From NCBI GenBank assembly GCA_964016885.1, contig OZ024741.1, forward strand, positions 81,716,001 through 81,780,000: a stretch of 64,000 bases of DNA, in the 5' to 3' direction. Below are positions 1 to 13,364 of this stretch, piece by piece; within the stretch, counting starts at the first letter, position 1, and each line of letters begins with the position of its first letter. The DNA comes from Eledone cirrhosa (Eukaryota). Under the pieces are notes generated by a model that saw only the letters and a program-made list of their open reading frames with translations, was not told the origin of the DNA and did not search any database. The translations under genes were made by a program, and so were the position numbers.

Positions 1-145
1 ACCACTACATCATGCCTCATAGGTAGATAGTACCGCGATGGCATCTTTGGACAGCTGCTTATGAGATGGGTGACATCTTCGATGTTAATTCTGCAGAGTC
101 TGCACGTGTTGTCACATCTAGGCGTTTTGCCTGCATCCCTGTTGA
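1..145 (-). mobile_element. 5'-truncated fragment of an RLE-type (R4/Dong/NeSL-like) non-LTR retrotransposon, running off the window start
   Basis: Manual minus-strand translation gives INRDAGKTPRCDNTCRLCRINIEDVTHLISSCPKMPSRYYLPMRHDVV, a CCHC knuckle plus RHD motif like that of the Dong-like copies at 36-39 kb. It abuts a (TACA)n tract. Confidence 0.75.
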
Positions 146-235
146 TGTATGTATGTATGTATGTATGTATGTATGTATGTATGTATGTATGTATGTATGT
201 ATGTATGTATGTATGTATGTATGTATGTATGTATG
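145..235. repeat. (TATG)n microsatellite
   Basis: Direct reading. Further (TATG)n tracts lie at about 588-617 and 11742-11840. Confidence 0.98.
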
Positions 236-588
236 ATATAACACCTGCAACCCTGATGGTATCCAATGATGTTGACTTGTTCTTCTTTTTGGTAAATATC
301 ATCTTGGTTAAGAGAGTGGGACTGGCTTTGTGCAGTGCCTTTGCTCACTATAAAAGCTTCACGGCACAGGCATTGCTTTATATCTGGAGATCTCTCTGCA
401 CTTGTCGTCACATGGTACCAAAGGCAAAGCACTATGTGTCAATAATTGTCACAAGTGTAGTGTTTGTACCAGAGTTTTCAAGTCGCTGGCTGGACTAAAA
501 AGTCACACTCGTTCAGCGCATCGGTAGGGGTTCTCCTACATGAATATAAAGTAGTGGCCGTACTCGAAAACGCGTTGGCAGCCACCAT
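236..588 (+). mobile_element. 5'-truncated copy of a short non-autonomous retroelement (same family as 12761-13364)
   Basis: Near-identical reverse complement of about 12761-13111. Flanked on both sides by (TATG)n. Confidence 0.8.
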
Positions 589-619
589 GTATGTATGTAT
601 GTATGTATGTATGTATGTG

Positions 620-1800
620 GCTTGTGTATGTCTTGGAATATAGCAGTTCATCACAACTGCTAAATTAGGGGACGTTGCAGTGCCCATGGCCTTCACAGAT
701 TGATGCTGCTGTTTAAACTGTAGCAGGTCACTCCTCTGAAAAAGAAATGAGTAGGGGGGTTGTTTTAGAGCAGGGGTCGGCAAACATTTGGTGTGACCGT
801 ACCACATTGCTATACAGTGTCTCATCGGCGGGCCACATAGTCATGGAGTGTCTCGTCGGTGGGCCATGATATAAAAATATAATAAATAGTATGATAATTG
901 TTTTGGAGAAATAAATAATGAGAACATATATAAAAACCAATACAGTAATATGATAAAATGCTATGACATCTTTAATAAACTGTGACAAAATCACGATACC
1001 TGGCGGTGAATTTAGATCAGGGTTGCTATTTGTTTGTTGAAAAAAAAATGTATTTTAATAATACTGAAAACCTTTAACATAGAAAAATAAATAAACATTG
1101 ATTATTATCGAATACAGTCACTTACAGATGTTTTACTACCAGACAGCTAACTGAAACGAAAGATTTTGAGGATGAAATGAAATAACTGTATGCCAGACAC
1201 ACTGACTTGTGTTAGGTAAGTCTGGGTCATTCCACATCCCTTCCATAACATACTATCTATGCACATATATACACAAATACACACACCGCACACAGTCCCC
1301 CTTGACCACGATATCTGACTATTCTATCTGTCTGAGTTTGTTAGTTATTGTCTTGCAAATAATTACGTTCAGCTAAGTGAGTCTTGTGGCTAGACGTCTT
1401 CTGTAGTCGGTATTATAATCCAAAATAATTCAGAGCAATTTTTGGGGGATCACTTAACCTAAGTTTGAATCATGTTGGCGGGCCGGATGTGGCCCGCGGA
1501 CCAAAGTTTGCCGACCCCTGTTTAAGAGGTTTGAAATTGTGGGTGGGAAATAGTAGCTGTGGTGGAGTTTGAAGAGGTCAGTTCAGACACTATGGGTGAC
1601 GACAGAAATGGAGACGAGTGAGTCAGAAATGCTCGAGTGGAGTTAGCATGAGAACACTAAGTTTCAAAGAGCAGTGACTATTGCAGTAGAGGTAGAAGAG
1701 AGATAGAGCGGCAACATTACGTCTGTGTGTCAGAGACTGATGATTGTCAGAAACTGACTTCAAACCGATAAACGAAGTGGCACTTTTCTTAATGCAGTCT
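620..1800 (-). mobile_element. Decayed CR1/L2/Jockey-group LINE 3' fragment, split by the hAT MITE
   Basis: Minus strand at about 1670-1750 reads DNHQSLTHRRNVAALSLFYLYCNSHCS, typical of the post-RT C-terminus. The sequence appears to resume left of position 771. Confidence 0.6.
771..1520. mobile_element. Non-autonomous hAT (Charlie/Buster-type) MITE, 750 bp
   Basis: 15-bp TIRs CAGGGGTCGGCAAAC / GTTTGCCGACCCCTG. 8-bp TSD TTTTAGAG / TTTAAGAG (1 mismatch). Subterminal GGCGGGCCGGATGTGGCCCGCGG motif. Confidence 0.9.
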
Positions 1801-1849
1801 TGGGTACAAGTGGCATTTTTCTTAATGCAGTGTGTGTGCTGGATCCACG

Positions 1850-2160
1850 CGTGTTTCCACGATGAGTGGTTCAGTGGCTAGAAGAACAAAACGGCCTATT
1901 CGTGAAATTACTTTCCAAGTAGCGGAGTCTTCCACAGGCAGCTATAACCTTAACGTAGTTCTCGAAGAGATTCAGCCTGGTACAGTATGTGGCAAAGCTT
2001 GCCTTTTGAATTACAGGTAGAATTCATTTTTCCATATGAGTTGACAGAAACAACTTGAAGTAAAATGTCTTGTCCAGGGACATTACACGCCACCGGGAAT
2101 TGAGCTAACGCCATTACGACCGTGAACCGAACACCCTAAACACTAAGCTATTCACCTTTA
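1850..2160 (-). mobile_element. tRNA-derived SINE family B (central CCTTGAGCAAGACACTT-like domain), diverged
   Basis: Collinear with 23820-24131 and with the head at 12488-12605. A/B-box-like head on the minus strand. Confidence 0.75.
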
Positions 2161-2805
2161 CAGGATATCATTGTGAGCAGCTGCAGCACCACCTCCTGGC
2201 GTGTGAGAAGAACGCAGCAACAATGATTGTTTACAGACTTTCAATACACCTGCCATTCAAACATAATTCTTTTTAAACTGATGATCAATTTTCCAGAGAA
2301 TTCTTTGTAAAATAACTTCATTTCTGCACTGCCACCATTAAAATACACATTGATTTCCAATAGTTCACTGCTCTATGACTACATTTTTCTCTGTCCCTCC
2401 TCTCTCTATCACATTCTCTCTAACAATTAATTCTCCCTTCCGTTCTCTCTATCTCTTACTTCTATATTTTCTATTCTTGTTACTTGTAAATGGAGCATGC
2501 GTGGTTCTGTATGGGGCTTAGTGTGAATTGGAATCTACATCCATCGGTTTCAACGATGAGTGTACCAATTGTTCGATCAACGGAACTGTGTCCTCATGAA
2601 ATTAACATGCGAGTTAATAACAATGAAAGTGGCTGAATATTCCATAAACACGAATAGTATTAAATAGATTTGGTGAGTTTTTAACAAAGTATTCTTTGTG
2701 AAAGAAAATGTGCAACTGAATGGAATGATCAGTTGCAAAGCGTCGATTTAATTTATAAAAATATTGTGTATGTTGACAGTTATTGTAGATATAATCTATC
2801 TATAT

Positions 2806-5647
2806 CACAGGTTCTCAACCTATTTCGATGAAACGCCTCCCCCTACCCTATTTTCGATTTTTCAATATACTACTGATTTTGATATCAGTAGATTACTAAA
2901 AAATTGATTAACAATATTCCAAAGATACCATTGCAGGCAGTTGAGTGTATAAATGCATTACTTGAAAGGAAGTATATAAATTTTAAAAAAAGGAACATAA
3001 ATGATTTTTTTATGAATAAGGACCAGTTGAATTTGTTATATTCCCACCAGGCGATACCAACTATTTTGAACATTTATACAAGAGCAACTCTGTCTATCCA
3101 AAGAGTGCTCTTTTCTGGAAGAAAGTGGCAATTATATCATTTCCAAGCTTTTCCAATTTTCCCTTTAATGAAACGGACAGAATAAATGTTGATATTTAAC
3201 TTGATCTCCCCTCCGCTTTGTGAGCTTAGAGACCACGGAAGAGGGTTTTCATGACCACGTAAGAGGGTATATTCATTAGTAAACGGTAAAATATATACAA
3301 CAAAGGAGTAAGTGAATCGTGGTAGATGGTTTCCAGTCCAGTCAGGCTGCAACTACGAATAAAAAAAAATTGTTAGTTTGCTTCGTAGCAATAGCATATG
3401 CAAGTATTCAGATAAATCGACTTACTTTAACTTTGACCTCATTTCAATGGGACCCTTTAGCTTCATGGAGTCTAGCTAACTCTTTGACGTCAGGCTGGAT
3501 ATTTGGAAGATGTAGCCGGAGATCTCCACGTGTAATTACATTGTAGCGGTTGCGAGCCTTACTGTACAGTCTGGAAACAGCGCCAAACCCTCTCGATTAA
3601 TTATGAGCTTCGAAAAGGCAGAACAAATCTCTTAGCCTCTGCATGTAGGAGTGGAATTCGACGCTGAATTTCCTCTTGCATCCAAAAAATGGGTTCATGT
3701 ATTTTGGAAAATCTAATTTTGATCATGTCATCTGTGTGAAGGTCAATGAATTTTTCCTGAAATTTAACGTCGAAATCGTCGACGTTAGCTATGAAGGGAT
3801 CTGCTATCCACATTGGGATGTCCATCTGCAAAAGGTCGACAAACCGTTCGGTCATGTTGTTTTGTAGCGCACGGAGGTGCGCGGTATAAATTTGGAGTTT
3901 TGATGTTTTGAACATTGGTGACACTAAGAAAATTATAGCATTCCCGTTGACAAAGATTCCTTTCGATGACATTTAATTTGGCCAGGAATGTTTTCACAGC
4001 ATTCCTTGCTTTAAACAAGGTGATCCCCTCCCCTCTGTAAAGCCATAATGAGGTTATTGCATTTGTCGCAGACGTCGACGAGATAGGCGCAGTCTTGCAT
4101 CACACCGAGGGTTTTCTTGTACAGTTCTGTGTTGCGAGTAGGGCACTTGCCCTTTGAAAGCCACCTCACTTCAGTATGAAGGAGCAACTCGGCGAAATCT
4201 CGTCAATACCTTTGCACAGTTGCCGGAAAATTCGTTCATTGAGGGCATGGGTTTGATAAAATTGATGACATCAAAGACCACCTGCAAAGACTTGCTCAGC
4301 TGCTCACTGAGTTTCTTCGCAGCCAAGTGTTATCGATGAACGACACAATGAACAAACAAATACAGATGAATTTTCTCTCTTCAGAATAGTGACGAAACCC
4401 TTATGTTGGCCGACCATCGCTCTTGCGCCGTCCGTAGCACATGATACAGAGGTATCACTGTTTCTTCGAGGTATCCCTTGACAGATTCAAAGATGGTGGC
4501 ACCTTTATTATCTGTGGCTAGATTCAGAACGAAGAGAAGCTCCTCGTGCATTTCGTTTTCGTGGATAAATCGGACGTATTCCAGCAGTATGGACTGATTC
4601 TCGGAAAGCGTGCTTTCATCAAGTTGCAAAGCAAATTGTGTCGATTTCAAGATGTTGCATAATTTGTGTTCAACATTTTCCGCCATTTCGTCAATGCATC
4701 TCCTTATTGAGTCGTTACTCAGCAGATTACGTTTCAAGGTCTTTAACGGGTTCTGATGTAGTACTGTTGAAAGAACTTGAGATTACAGGAACTACCAATG
4801 TTTCACCGAAGGAATTGGGCTTGCCACATATTGTGATTATGCTGGCAATATTGTAAGATGCGACAAATCCATCAACATTTGAAGCTTCAACTTTTGAAAA
4901 GGCAGAAGAAATTAGTGTTGTTTTCTGAAATTGGTCCCTAAGAGTCTGAAAGTATGCTAAATCTTTATACCTCTTATCGAGGTGCCTCACCTCCAGGTGT
5001 CTACTCAAACGCGATGGCTTCATCGCCTCATTCGAAAAGGACTCCTTGCAAATTAAATACATGGGTGACAGGTGGTTGGATGGCGATGGGATGAATCTGA
5101 ACGGCAAGTAATCAACGCTGTACTGCCTGCATTTTTTCTTCATTGCTGAGGCCATTTTCTGTTTATCGAATGTGTTTGGTAAAACCACGCAATATTCGCC
5201 TATATAAGCCTATAAAATTATGTATAAGGAACTTACTATAATGAGTCCTGTTCCAGTAATGATAAAGTTTCAAGTAACGTTGGGTTGAGTCAATAATTTC
5301 AGACATGAAATACATTGTTATCGGTGAAGGAGAGACAAGATTGTAACTGGCTGCGCTCAAAGTGTCCTTGACCCAGTTGACTGTCGGTTTTTCAATTTTT
5401 AGGATCTCAATTACTGGTTAATGTCTAGACACGCCTGCACACCTGCTCACAGCTGCGGTCAGACCATAGTTATGCTGTCTGCATGCTCATTCAAATGCAT
5501 TCATACTGGCTGTCTCAGAGACGTTCAAATATGGCTTATAAAACTTACCAAAGTAAATAGCCCCCCATCACCCCCCTAACGCCCCCTGGACATTCCAAAG
5601 CCCCCCACCTCGGTGGGGGGTATGTTCCGCCCCGTTGAGAACCTTTG
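2806..5647 (-). mobile_element. Full-length decayed hAT transposon (Buster/Charlie, ZBED5/SCAND3-like), 2842 bp
   Basis: 14-bp TIRs CACAGGTTCTCAAC / GTTGAGAACCTTTG (1 mismatch). Perfect 8-bp TSD ATCTATAT at 2798-2805 and 5648-5655. Confidence 0.93.
3440..5188 (-). pseudogene. hAT transposase pseudogene (frameshifts and stops)
   Basis: ORF pieces 4727-5188 (RQYSVDYL, ICKESFSNEAMKPSRLSRHL BED finger), 4381-4737 (LSNDSIRR, FALQLDEST), 3785-4018 and 3601-3972. Confidence 0.9.
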
Positions 5648-6704
5648 ATCTATATAAATGATACATCTCAGGGTAATGTAGGAAAGCAGTTTCTGGCATT
5701 TAGAACTTCAGTCGTAAGGTGCCTAGTAATACCAGCGGACAGAATTGAGAAAGGGTCACCTCGGATGAAAGTGAAGTGACGCGTTGAAATAACCATTATA
5801 ATTTGCATGGCTAACTCCTCCAGGCAGCCAACTCCGCTCCGATAGCAGTGAGTAGGTAGTTGTTGAATGACAAACCTATCGGAAAATGGCAAATACTTCA
5901 ACAGCTTGCGATTTTAAGCTTGTTTAGGAGCAAACCCTAGGTCTGTCGCCGAATGAACTACGAGGCAGCTGGATGTCATGTCCTGGATGATGGACTGGCC
6001 ATTGAAGATATATGAAGATTGTGATGCCATCTGGTCATTTGCCCTACCATGGGTCCAATCCTACAGACTCAAATTGGGAAAGGGAGCTATGCTTAATGAT
6101 ATAATTCAATTTACAGACGGTGCCCTATCCGCAATGTAAAAATATGACATATAATATATATAATAATTGTGTACATGTTGATAAAGGGGAGGCAGCATAA
6201 CATCAGGTTGAGAAAACTCTGGAGGCATAGAATAGCGGTTGGGCTTAGAGTTTTCTCCCTTACGGTGATACAGGTTCATGTGGAGCAAGGCGTTAATTTT
6301 ACTTAAAAGGGCTCTTAATACTTGATGATATCGTAGGAACGCCGTCTTGACATACAGCATTTTAAACCTGGCGGAGCCCATTACTCTACGTTTTTTAATA
6401 CAACGCCCTAACGACACTGCTACTACTTTTCCGAATTTTCCGACCGCGTATGTTCTAAACAGCACTATTTAAAACGGCGTAAGATGCAGGCACACTGTAT
6501 TTGTTAGTCGTAAAGGGAAAATAACATGAAATCCCTTTCACTATCTGAATTACATTTTAAATGGCTTCATTAAATGAAATAGGCAAGTGAAGCAGTGATT
6601 GGCATTTTGGAACTTTATTTCAGCACAAATACTGGAGCCCTATTTCAACACAAGTACCCGACAACGCTATCGGTAAAAGCGATCTATGGCAGTATAAAAA
6701 GAAA

Positions 6705-7440
6705 TGAGCTTTAAATTTTCCCGATTCAAATTGAGAATGTAAAGGCAAAGAGATCATTTATATTTAATTCAAATATCAAGTGGAAGGAGATTGTGAAGGA
6801 CTTTAAATTTCCTTTAGGTGGCAGTGAGTCGAAGAATGAGTCGATATTTCAATCAAGTCATGAATTTCCTTTTTACATTTCTTTCAAAGAGAGAATAGAG
6901 ACAAAACGAGTAGTCCTTTAGACTTTATTAATGCTTTAAACAGAACGAGAATACATTTTTATTTCCCCTCAAATTGAAGAAAGAGAGAAGAGAAAAGAAG
7001 AAACGATTAGGGTTGTGTATTGCATTAAATTGTAAATGAAAAAAAAAACGTTTTATATTTCATTTAAATGGAAAGTGGGAAACTAAAGAGCAGGTCTCTA
7101 AATTTATTTCAAGAAATGAACAAAAACTTAAAGGAAGATTTTTGATTTTTCTTCAATTCTTCATTTGGGTAAATGATGGATGGAAATGAAGATAAATTTT
7201 GGAATTATATAGTTAAATAGAAAAAAAAAAACCTATATATTTAACATTTTATTCAAATTCTGAGCAGAACGAAGAAGGATAAGATCTTCAAGATTTAGTG
7301 ATGTAAATGAAAGGAGGAAAATTGTTTTAATGTCATTCAAATGACTCCAGTAGCGAATTAGGAAAGTTTATTAAATTTCATTCAAATGGCAAGCTGTAAT
7401 AAAATCATCTACCTTTAAATTTCATTCTCATGGTGAATGG
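6705..7440. repeat. Highly degenerate ~45-bp tandem repeat
   Basis: TTTAAATTTCATTCAAAT-like motif recurs at about 6711, 6757, 6801, 7052, 7097, 7140, 7240, 7326, 7371 and 7414. Confidence 0.55.
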
Positions 7441-8025
7441 ATACATCAAAGGAAGAAAAAATATATATTAGCAATGTTATAATTATTTGACAAATTTGTT
7501 AAAGCGTTGGGCTAAAGAACTCGGGCTTTGTTACAACACGCCGCACTCTGAGTTCAAATCGCGCTCGAGGTCATTTTTGCCTTTTATTCTGGGGGAAAGG
7601 AAAGCTCGAAAACAAAATAGTAGTCATGGGACGGCGAATTCGCGGGCATGTCGGAATCGGATTGAATGCTTTGCCGTATCTGAATCAGCTCTATGCATAT
7701 TGAGTTCAAATTCCACTTCCTTCTAAGAGACGTAACCGACAAGTATCTGTAATAGAAAGAATAACGGAATCCTACAAAAATACAAATGTCTAAAATATCT
7801 TGTTATTCTGTGGCACTATAAGAGACTTAAATGAAAAAAAAAACATGCCTGCACTACATCATCAGTGTAGAATTAAGAAGTTCGCTTTGCCTCAACAGAA
7901 CATGATTGGCGTAACATATAATAGCGCAGTGCCTCAGACAAATGTCTTCTGCTCATAGTAGACTCGGCTCAATCAAAGCCTTGTGAAAAAAACAGCAATA
8001 AACGGAAAATTATCGGATACACGTA

Positions 8026-8027
<2 letters not shown>

Positions 8028-8118
<91 letters not shown>
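8028..8118. repeat. (CA)n microsatellite
   Basis: Direct reading. Confidence 0.98.
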
Positions 8119-8121
<3 letters not shown>

Positions 8122-8326
8122 CCGCACACACACACAAATATACACGGATACAAACAAATATGCATATGTATGAATGTTATATATATATATATGAGGTCTG
8201 ATAGCATACAGTTATATAACTGCTATAGATCAGAAAATATTTTCAATATGATCGACCCTCCGAAACGATCGTAAAACAATGATATGTAAAATAACTTGAC
8301 TTTGTTGTTTTTATTTTTATTGTTAA

Positions 8327-10610
8327 CTAGCAGATTTACCAGGCGTTGCTCGGGGTTTGAAATTATGCTAAGAATATACAGCTAGGAAGTAAAAGAAGAA
8401 CATTATTTGTCTCCAACCTGTCAAAATAAGCAGAAGTCTTCAATAAATAATGCAAACGAATATTTAGTGCAATCTTTGTACACATAAAACTATGTTGATA
8501 ATGAAGGAAAACATTGAACAGGATGAGGTTATACAAATTATTAAAGACAATACACGTTGCAAATACCTGTCTGTAAAAAAACAGGCAGTTTTGCTAAAGT
8601 ACAAAAAGTTGTAATGAAAGCAGAGTTGTATACAAACAAAAAAACAGTGAGAGTAGAATAAGAGAAAATCTATTCTTTGAGAGCATCTTTGCTGTGTCTG
8701 GTTAAATTTTGAACTTATAATCTAAAATATCCTGCATGACATATTCATTGGTATGTTTTGTAATGAGTAAGGTGAAGTCAAGGCGGAGTTGTAATAAGTG
8801 TTTTTGTTAACACTAAAGCACTTCAGGATAGACGATATTCTTTGTTTTTCTTTTCGGAACAAACGCAAAGAGATTATCTCTACTGACAACTCGTGAGCAG
8901 GCAACGTAGAATTGTCCGTGCGAAAAGCAAGGTTCATCTAAGTGAATTCCAGCGACGGACAGAGTTTGACCTTGCGATTTGTTTATAGACATCGCAAAGG
9001 CAACACGAAGGGGAAATTGGGTTCGGCGAAAGGAGAAGGGAGTATCCACGCCTGATGTAGTCAGGGTAATTTTTGTTATTATCACATCCTCGCCTTTTCC
9101 ACATCCGGATAGAGCAAATTAACCTTACCATTGGAGCAGCACATTCCAGCCGATTCTCCCGCCCACTTTTTAGTTTTACAATGTTGGCAAGTATTTGACA
9201 TGGCATATATTTGAATATCAGGATGGATTTGATAGTTTACATTAGGGTCATAATTAACTGCCTTAAGGTACCATCGTGAGCGTGGTGCCTTTGAAATACC
9301 TCGTGATAAAGCTCTACGCTGAGCGTTACCCTCCAGCCGAACAGCTCGACTTGTTACAGTCTCTACAGCTCGTGCCATAGCAGTAGCTGAAGCATTTCTC
9401 AATTGGCGACTTTGACGTTCTTGCTCAGTCTCAATTGTTCTTGCTGCAGCATTAGCTGAAGCATTACGCGCACGGCGTCTTTCATATTTTTGTTCTGTCT
9501 CTGCAGATCTTGCTGCAGCAGTATCTGTAGCATCCATAGCAAAGCGTGTTTCACGTTGCTCTGTAGTCTCTGAAGCAGTTGCTTTAGCATTATTGGTTCG
9601 TCGCACTAACCGACGCTCAGCGGCGGACAAAGATGCTGCAATAACTGTATTCACCGCATTTTGTGATTGTCTATTTTCTATTATCGGCGGAGCGTCATTT
9701 ACACGCATAGTTTTCTTCGACCGAGAGGTCAAAGTCCGAGAGCCAATATGTGCATACTTTCTTTCGGTGAAAAATTGTAAAGTCAAAATGTATGAATTGA
9801 AGCGTTACAGTAAAATTAAAAATATACTGGCAAAACTTAAAAAAATCCTTTCAATAACTACATCCTGTTCAGTATATTCCTTCATGGACAAAAAAGTTTG
9901 ATGTGTACGAATACAGCTGGAAGCGTAGATAATGCCTGCCTCAAATGTGGACGAAATTACTTTACCAATGTAAAAGTTGTAGGTCCCAATGGTTTGAATG
10001 GAAAGTCCCATAAGGATTGTTCTAAAAATAAACAAACCATCATCAAAATCTTGTCAATTCGAGACTGCCGTGAGATTAGGCCCTTACCGCGAAAATTAAC
10101 ACTTAATATAGTGAAACAAGTTAAAACAACAAGTGTTTTTTTCACTTTGAAAGTGCAACAAATTTTTTTTGTATCAACATGGCTTATGAAAGTAGCGATA
10201 CCGACTTTGAAGATTTTACACACGACGACATTCAGAATAAACAAGAAACAAACGATAATATTAGTGATTTATCTTCAAATGAATCTGATGTTTGTATTTC
10301 TGAAATTTCGTCCGACGATGATTGTTGTTTTGAAAGTGAAAACGAAGGTCTCCATATCTCCCTCTCTCCCTCTCTTTATAAGGATTGTCAATAAAGTTGG
10401 TTATCTCCTTTACATCAATTTTGCTACCGATAATTTTGCTATCGATTTTTTATTGCTCAAAGTGGGTCGATTTGAAAAATGTGACCATCTTAGTGACCTG
10501 TGCAACGTGCACAGAAAATTTGGTCAAATTCGGTTGGTAATTGTAAAAGCCTTAGGTATCCAAAGTTGTACACAGACACAGACACATCCTCGCTTTTATA
10601 TATATAGAGA
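8327..10610 (-). mobile_element. Internally deleted Helitron, 2284 bp
   Basis: On the minus strand it begins A|TCTCTATATATATAAAAG and ends with the hairpin CCCGAGCAACGCCTGG followed by CTAG|T. It is inserted between A and T and encodes Rep/helicase remnants. Confidence 0.9.
8813..9786 (-). pseudogene. Helitron Rep/helicase remnant: N-terminal charged repeats and zinc finger joined to the PIF1-like C-terminal motifs
   Basis: 9082-9786 has ETTEQRETR-type repeats and CQHCKTKKWAGESAGMCCSNGKV. 8813-9085 has RTQFPLRVAFAMSINKSQGQTL...FSHGQFYVACSRV. The Rep domain and helicase core are missing. Confidence 0.88.
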
Positions 10611-11163
10611 TTTAATACCTAATATCTGACTCTGTATCTAAGGAATTAACTCAGCGGAACACTGAACTTCTCTATGGATTTCATTGGATTACTCGCCATC
10701 TGATTACATTGAGTTCTATCTACGGTACGGACCCTACCACCAAAGGTAGACCACACTGAAAAAGAATACATATATGTATATTTCTACCACCTCTTCTTCT
10801 CATCCTAACTCTCTCTCTCCTTGTCTCTTCCTCTTTCTCTCTCTCTCTATATATGTATAGATAGACATACACACCCACATTAACGTACACATAAATACAT
10901 GCATTCATACATACATGAATATATGCATGCAGAGACCCAGTGTATGTGTGTGTGTCTCTGTGTGTGTGTGTGTACGTGTGCGTGTGCGTGTGTGTGTATG
11001 TATGTATCTACACATATACATAAGTATTCTATATAAGAGAGAAAAAGAAGGATAAAATACGGTAGTATATGTTTGTAGATAAGCGAGAATAAAGGAATAC
11101 AGATGAATGGTGTGGAATTAAGCTTAAGGATGAGAATGGAACTATACCAAAATGTTATGCCTC

Positions 11164-11164
<1 letters not shown>

Positions 11165-11215
<51 letters not shown>

Positions 11216-11219
11216 TTAT

Positions 11220-11265
<46 letters not shown>

Positions 11266-11306
11266 GATATATATATATAGATGTATATATACATATAGAT
11301 ATATAC

Positions 11307-11353
<47 letters not shown>

Positions 11354-11609
11354 TATATATATATATGTATATATATGTATGTATATATATATGTATATAT
11401 ATATGTATCTATGTATATGTATATATATAAGTATGTATATATGTATGTATGTGTATATGTATGTGTATGTGCATATATATATATATTTATTTATATATCT
11501 ATTTATATATCTGTATATGATATCTATCTAGCTATCTATCTCTTTCCCTCTATATAAACGATATGCATTCACAGTATGCCTATAAATATATATCTATATC
11601 TATCTATCT

Positions 11610-11659
<50 letters not shown>

Positions 11660-11840
11660 GCCCATACACACACACACATATATATATATGTACATGCATA
11701 AAAACATATATACATACTATATTTGTCTATATATGCATTAATGTATGTATGTATGTATGTATGTAAGTATGTATGTATGTATGTATGTATGTATGTATGT
11801 ATGTATGTATGTATGTATGTATGTTTGTATGTTTGTATGT
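11165..11840. repeat. Compound (TA)n/(TATG)n microsatellite region
   Basis: Direct reading. The YI-repeat ORFs here are artefacts. Confidence 0.95.
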
Positions 11841-12324
11841 AAGTGTGGTGGTGGTCAGAAATTTAAAGCAACACTGAAAGCATAGCTTCGTTGTAGAGGA
11901 AGGAATCCCGGGCCTGTACAGTAATTCCTTCTGTATTGTTTACATTGTTATAACTATCCATATTTCTCCATACATTCACTCCCTGCTGCTCGACTCTTTC
12001 AATAAGCAGGTCCTTAGTATTGACATCTGAATGACGTATTTTTGGCTTCATGTCGACAAAAAGACTGCATCATCTTTGCGTCCTTTTATTGATCTAAGCC
12101 GCAATAAGAAATCAATGTTGTCTCTGTTGATATAGTTCATATAGTTGATATAGTTCTTCTGTTTATGCTGGGCTGCTGGGAGTAATTCGTCACAGAGACG
12201 TTATATTTTATAAAACTATCCTTTGCAACGTACGCTACGTAAACGGGGTGTTATGAATAATAAATCCTTTACATCTAAACATTTTTCCTTTCGTCATCCA
12301 TACCATGTAGAGAATGAATTATTG

Positions 12325-12370
<46 letters not shown>

Positions 12371-12380
12371 TAAATACATA

Positions 12381-12487
<107 letters not shown>

Positions 12488-12605
12488 GAAGGTGTGTGGC
12501 TGATAGGTTAGAGAATTCGCAATCGTGGAGTTGTGAGTTCGATTCTTGGACCGGGCGATGCATTATGTCATTGAGCAAGACACTTTATTTCACGTTGCTC
12601 CTTCT
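12488..12605 (+). mobile_element. SINE family B head (3'-truncated)
   Basis: GAAGGTGTGTGGCTGATAGG (A-box-like), GAGTTCGATTC (B-box-like), TTGAGCAAGACACTTT. Confidence 0.75.
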
Positions 12606-12695
12606 ACTTGAAGGTACGACCGATAGATAGTATTATGAATTGGAAAGACCAACGGAAACATTGCATCCTCGGTCCGATTTGACGAAAGTCGATCG

Positions 12696-12748
<53 letters not shown>

Positions 12749-12760
12749 ATATATTTATAT

Positions 12761-13364
12761 GGTGGCTGCCAACTTGTTTTCGAGTACGGCCACTACTTTA
12801 TATCCATGTAGGAGAACCCCTACCGATGCGCTGAACAAGTGTGACTTTTTAGTCCAGCCAGCGACTTGAAAACTCTGGTACAAACACTACACCTGTGACA
12901 ATTACTGACACACAGTGCTGGGCCCATGGTACCATGTGACGACAAGTGCAGAGAGGTCTCCAGATATAAAGCAATGCCTGTGCCGTGAAGCTTTTATAGT
13001 GAGCAAAGGCACTGCACAAAGCCAGTCCCACTCTCTTAACCAAGATGATATTTACCAAAAAGAAGAACAAGTCAACATCATTGGATACCATCAGGGTTGC
13101 AGGTGTTATATCAGAGTTTTCCTTCTCCTAGAATTCTGCCTTGACAAAGGCTAAGGGGTCATCTCTCCCGGTGATTTTGGATGGCCATTGACTCTTAAGA
13201 GGTCCTTTGCCCTTTGACAGGTTTTGTTTTTAGTCCTACAGGATGTCCAAAGTCACCCTCCTCACCAAGAAACCTTGGTGGGGTTGCCAGTTTAGTCGCC
13301 AACGACCCGACCATGAGACAGGTTGTACTGGGATACATGTTACCAGTAGCACCAACTGGTGACC
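12761..13364 (-). mobile_element. ~600-bp non-autonomous retroelement with an RTE-like 5' region, in (TA)n
   Basis: Shares about 350 bp with 236-588. The minus strand contains CTAGGAGAAGGAAAACTC and GGCGACTAA, motifs I recall from RTE 5' UTRs. Confidence 0.65.

Noticed and set aside
5670-6090. Possible RTE-related SINE or 5' UTR relic
   Set aside because: Only vague motif resemblance and no second copy in the window to support it.
11843-12200. Possible host exon (MKPKIRHSDVNTKDLLIERVEQQG...)
   Set aside because: No recognisable domain, stops in neighbouring sequence and no clear splice signals. It abuts a (TACA)n tract and is probably an unidentified repeat fragment.
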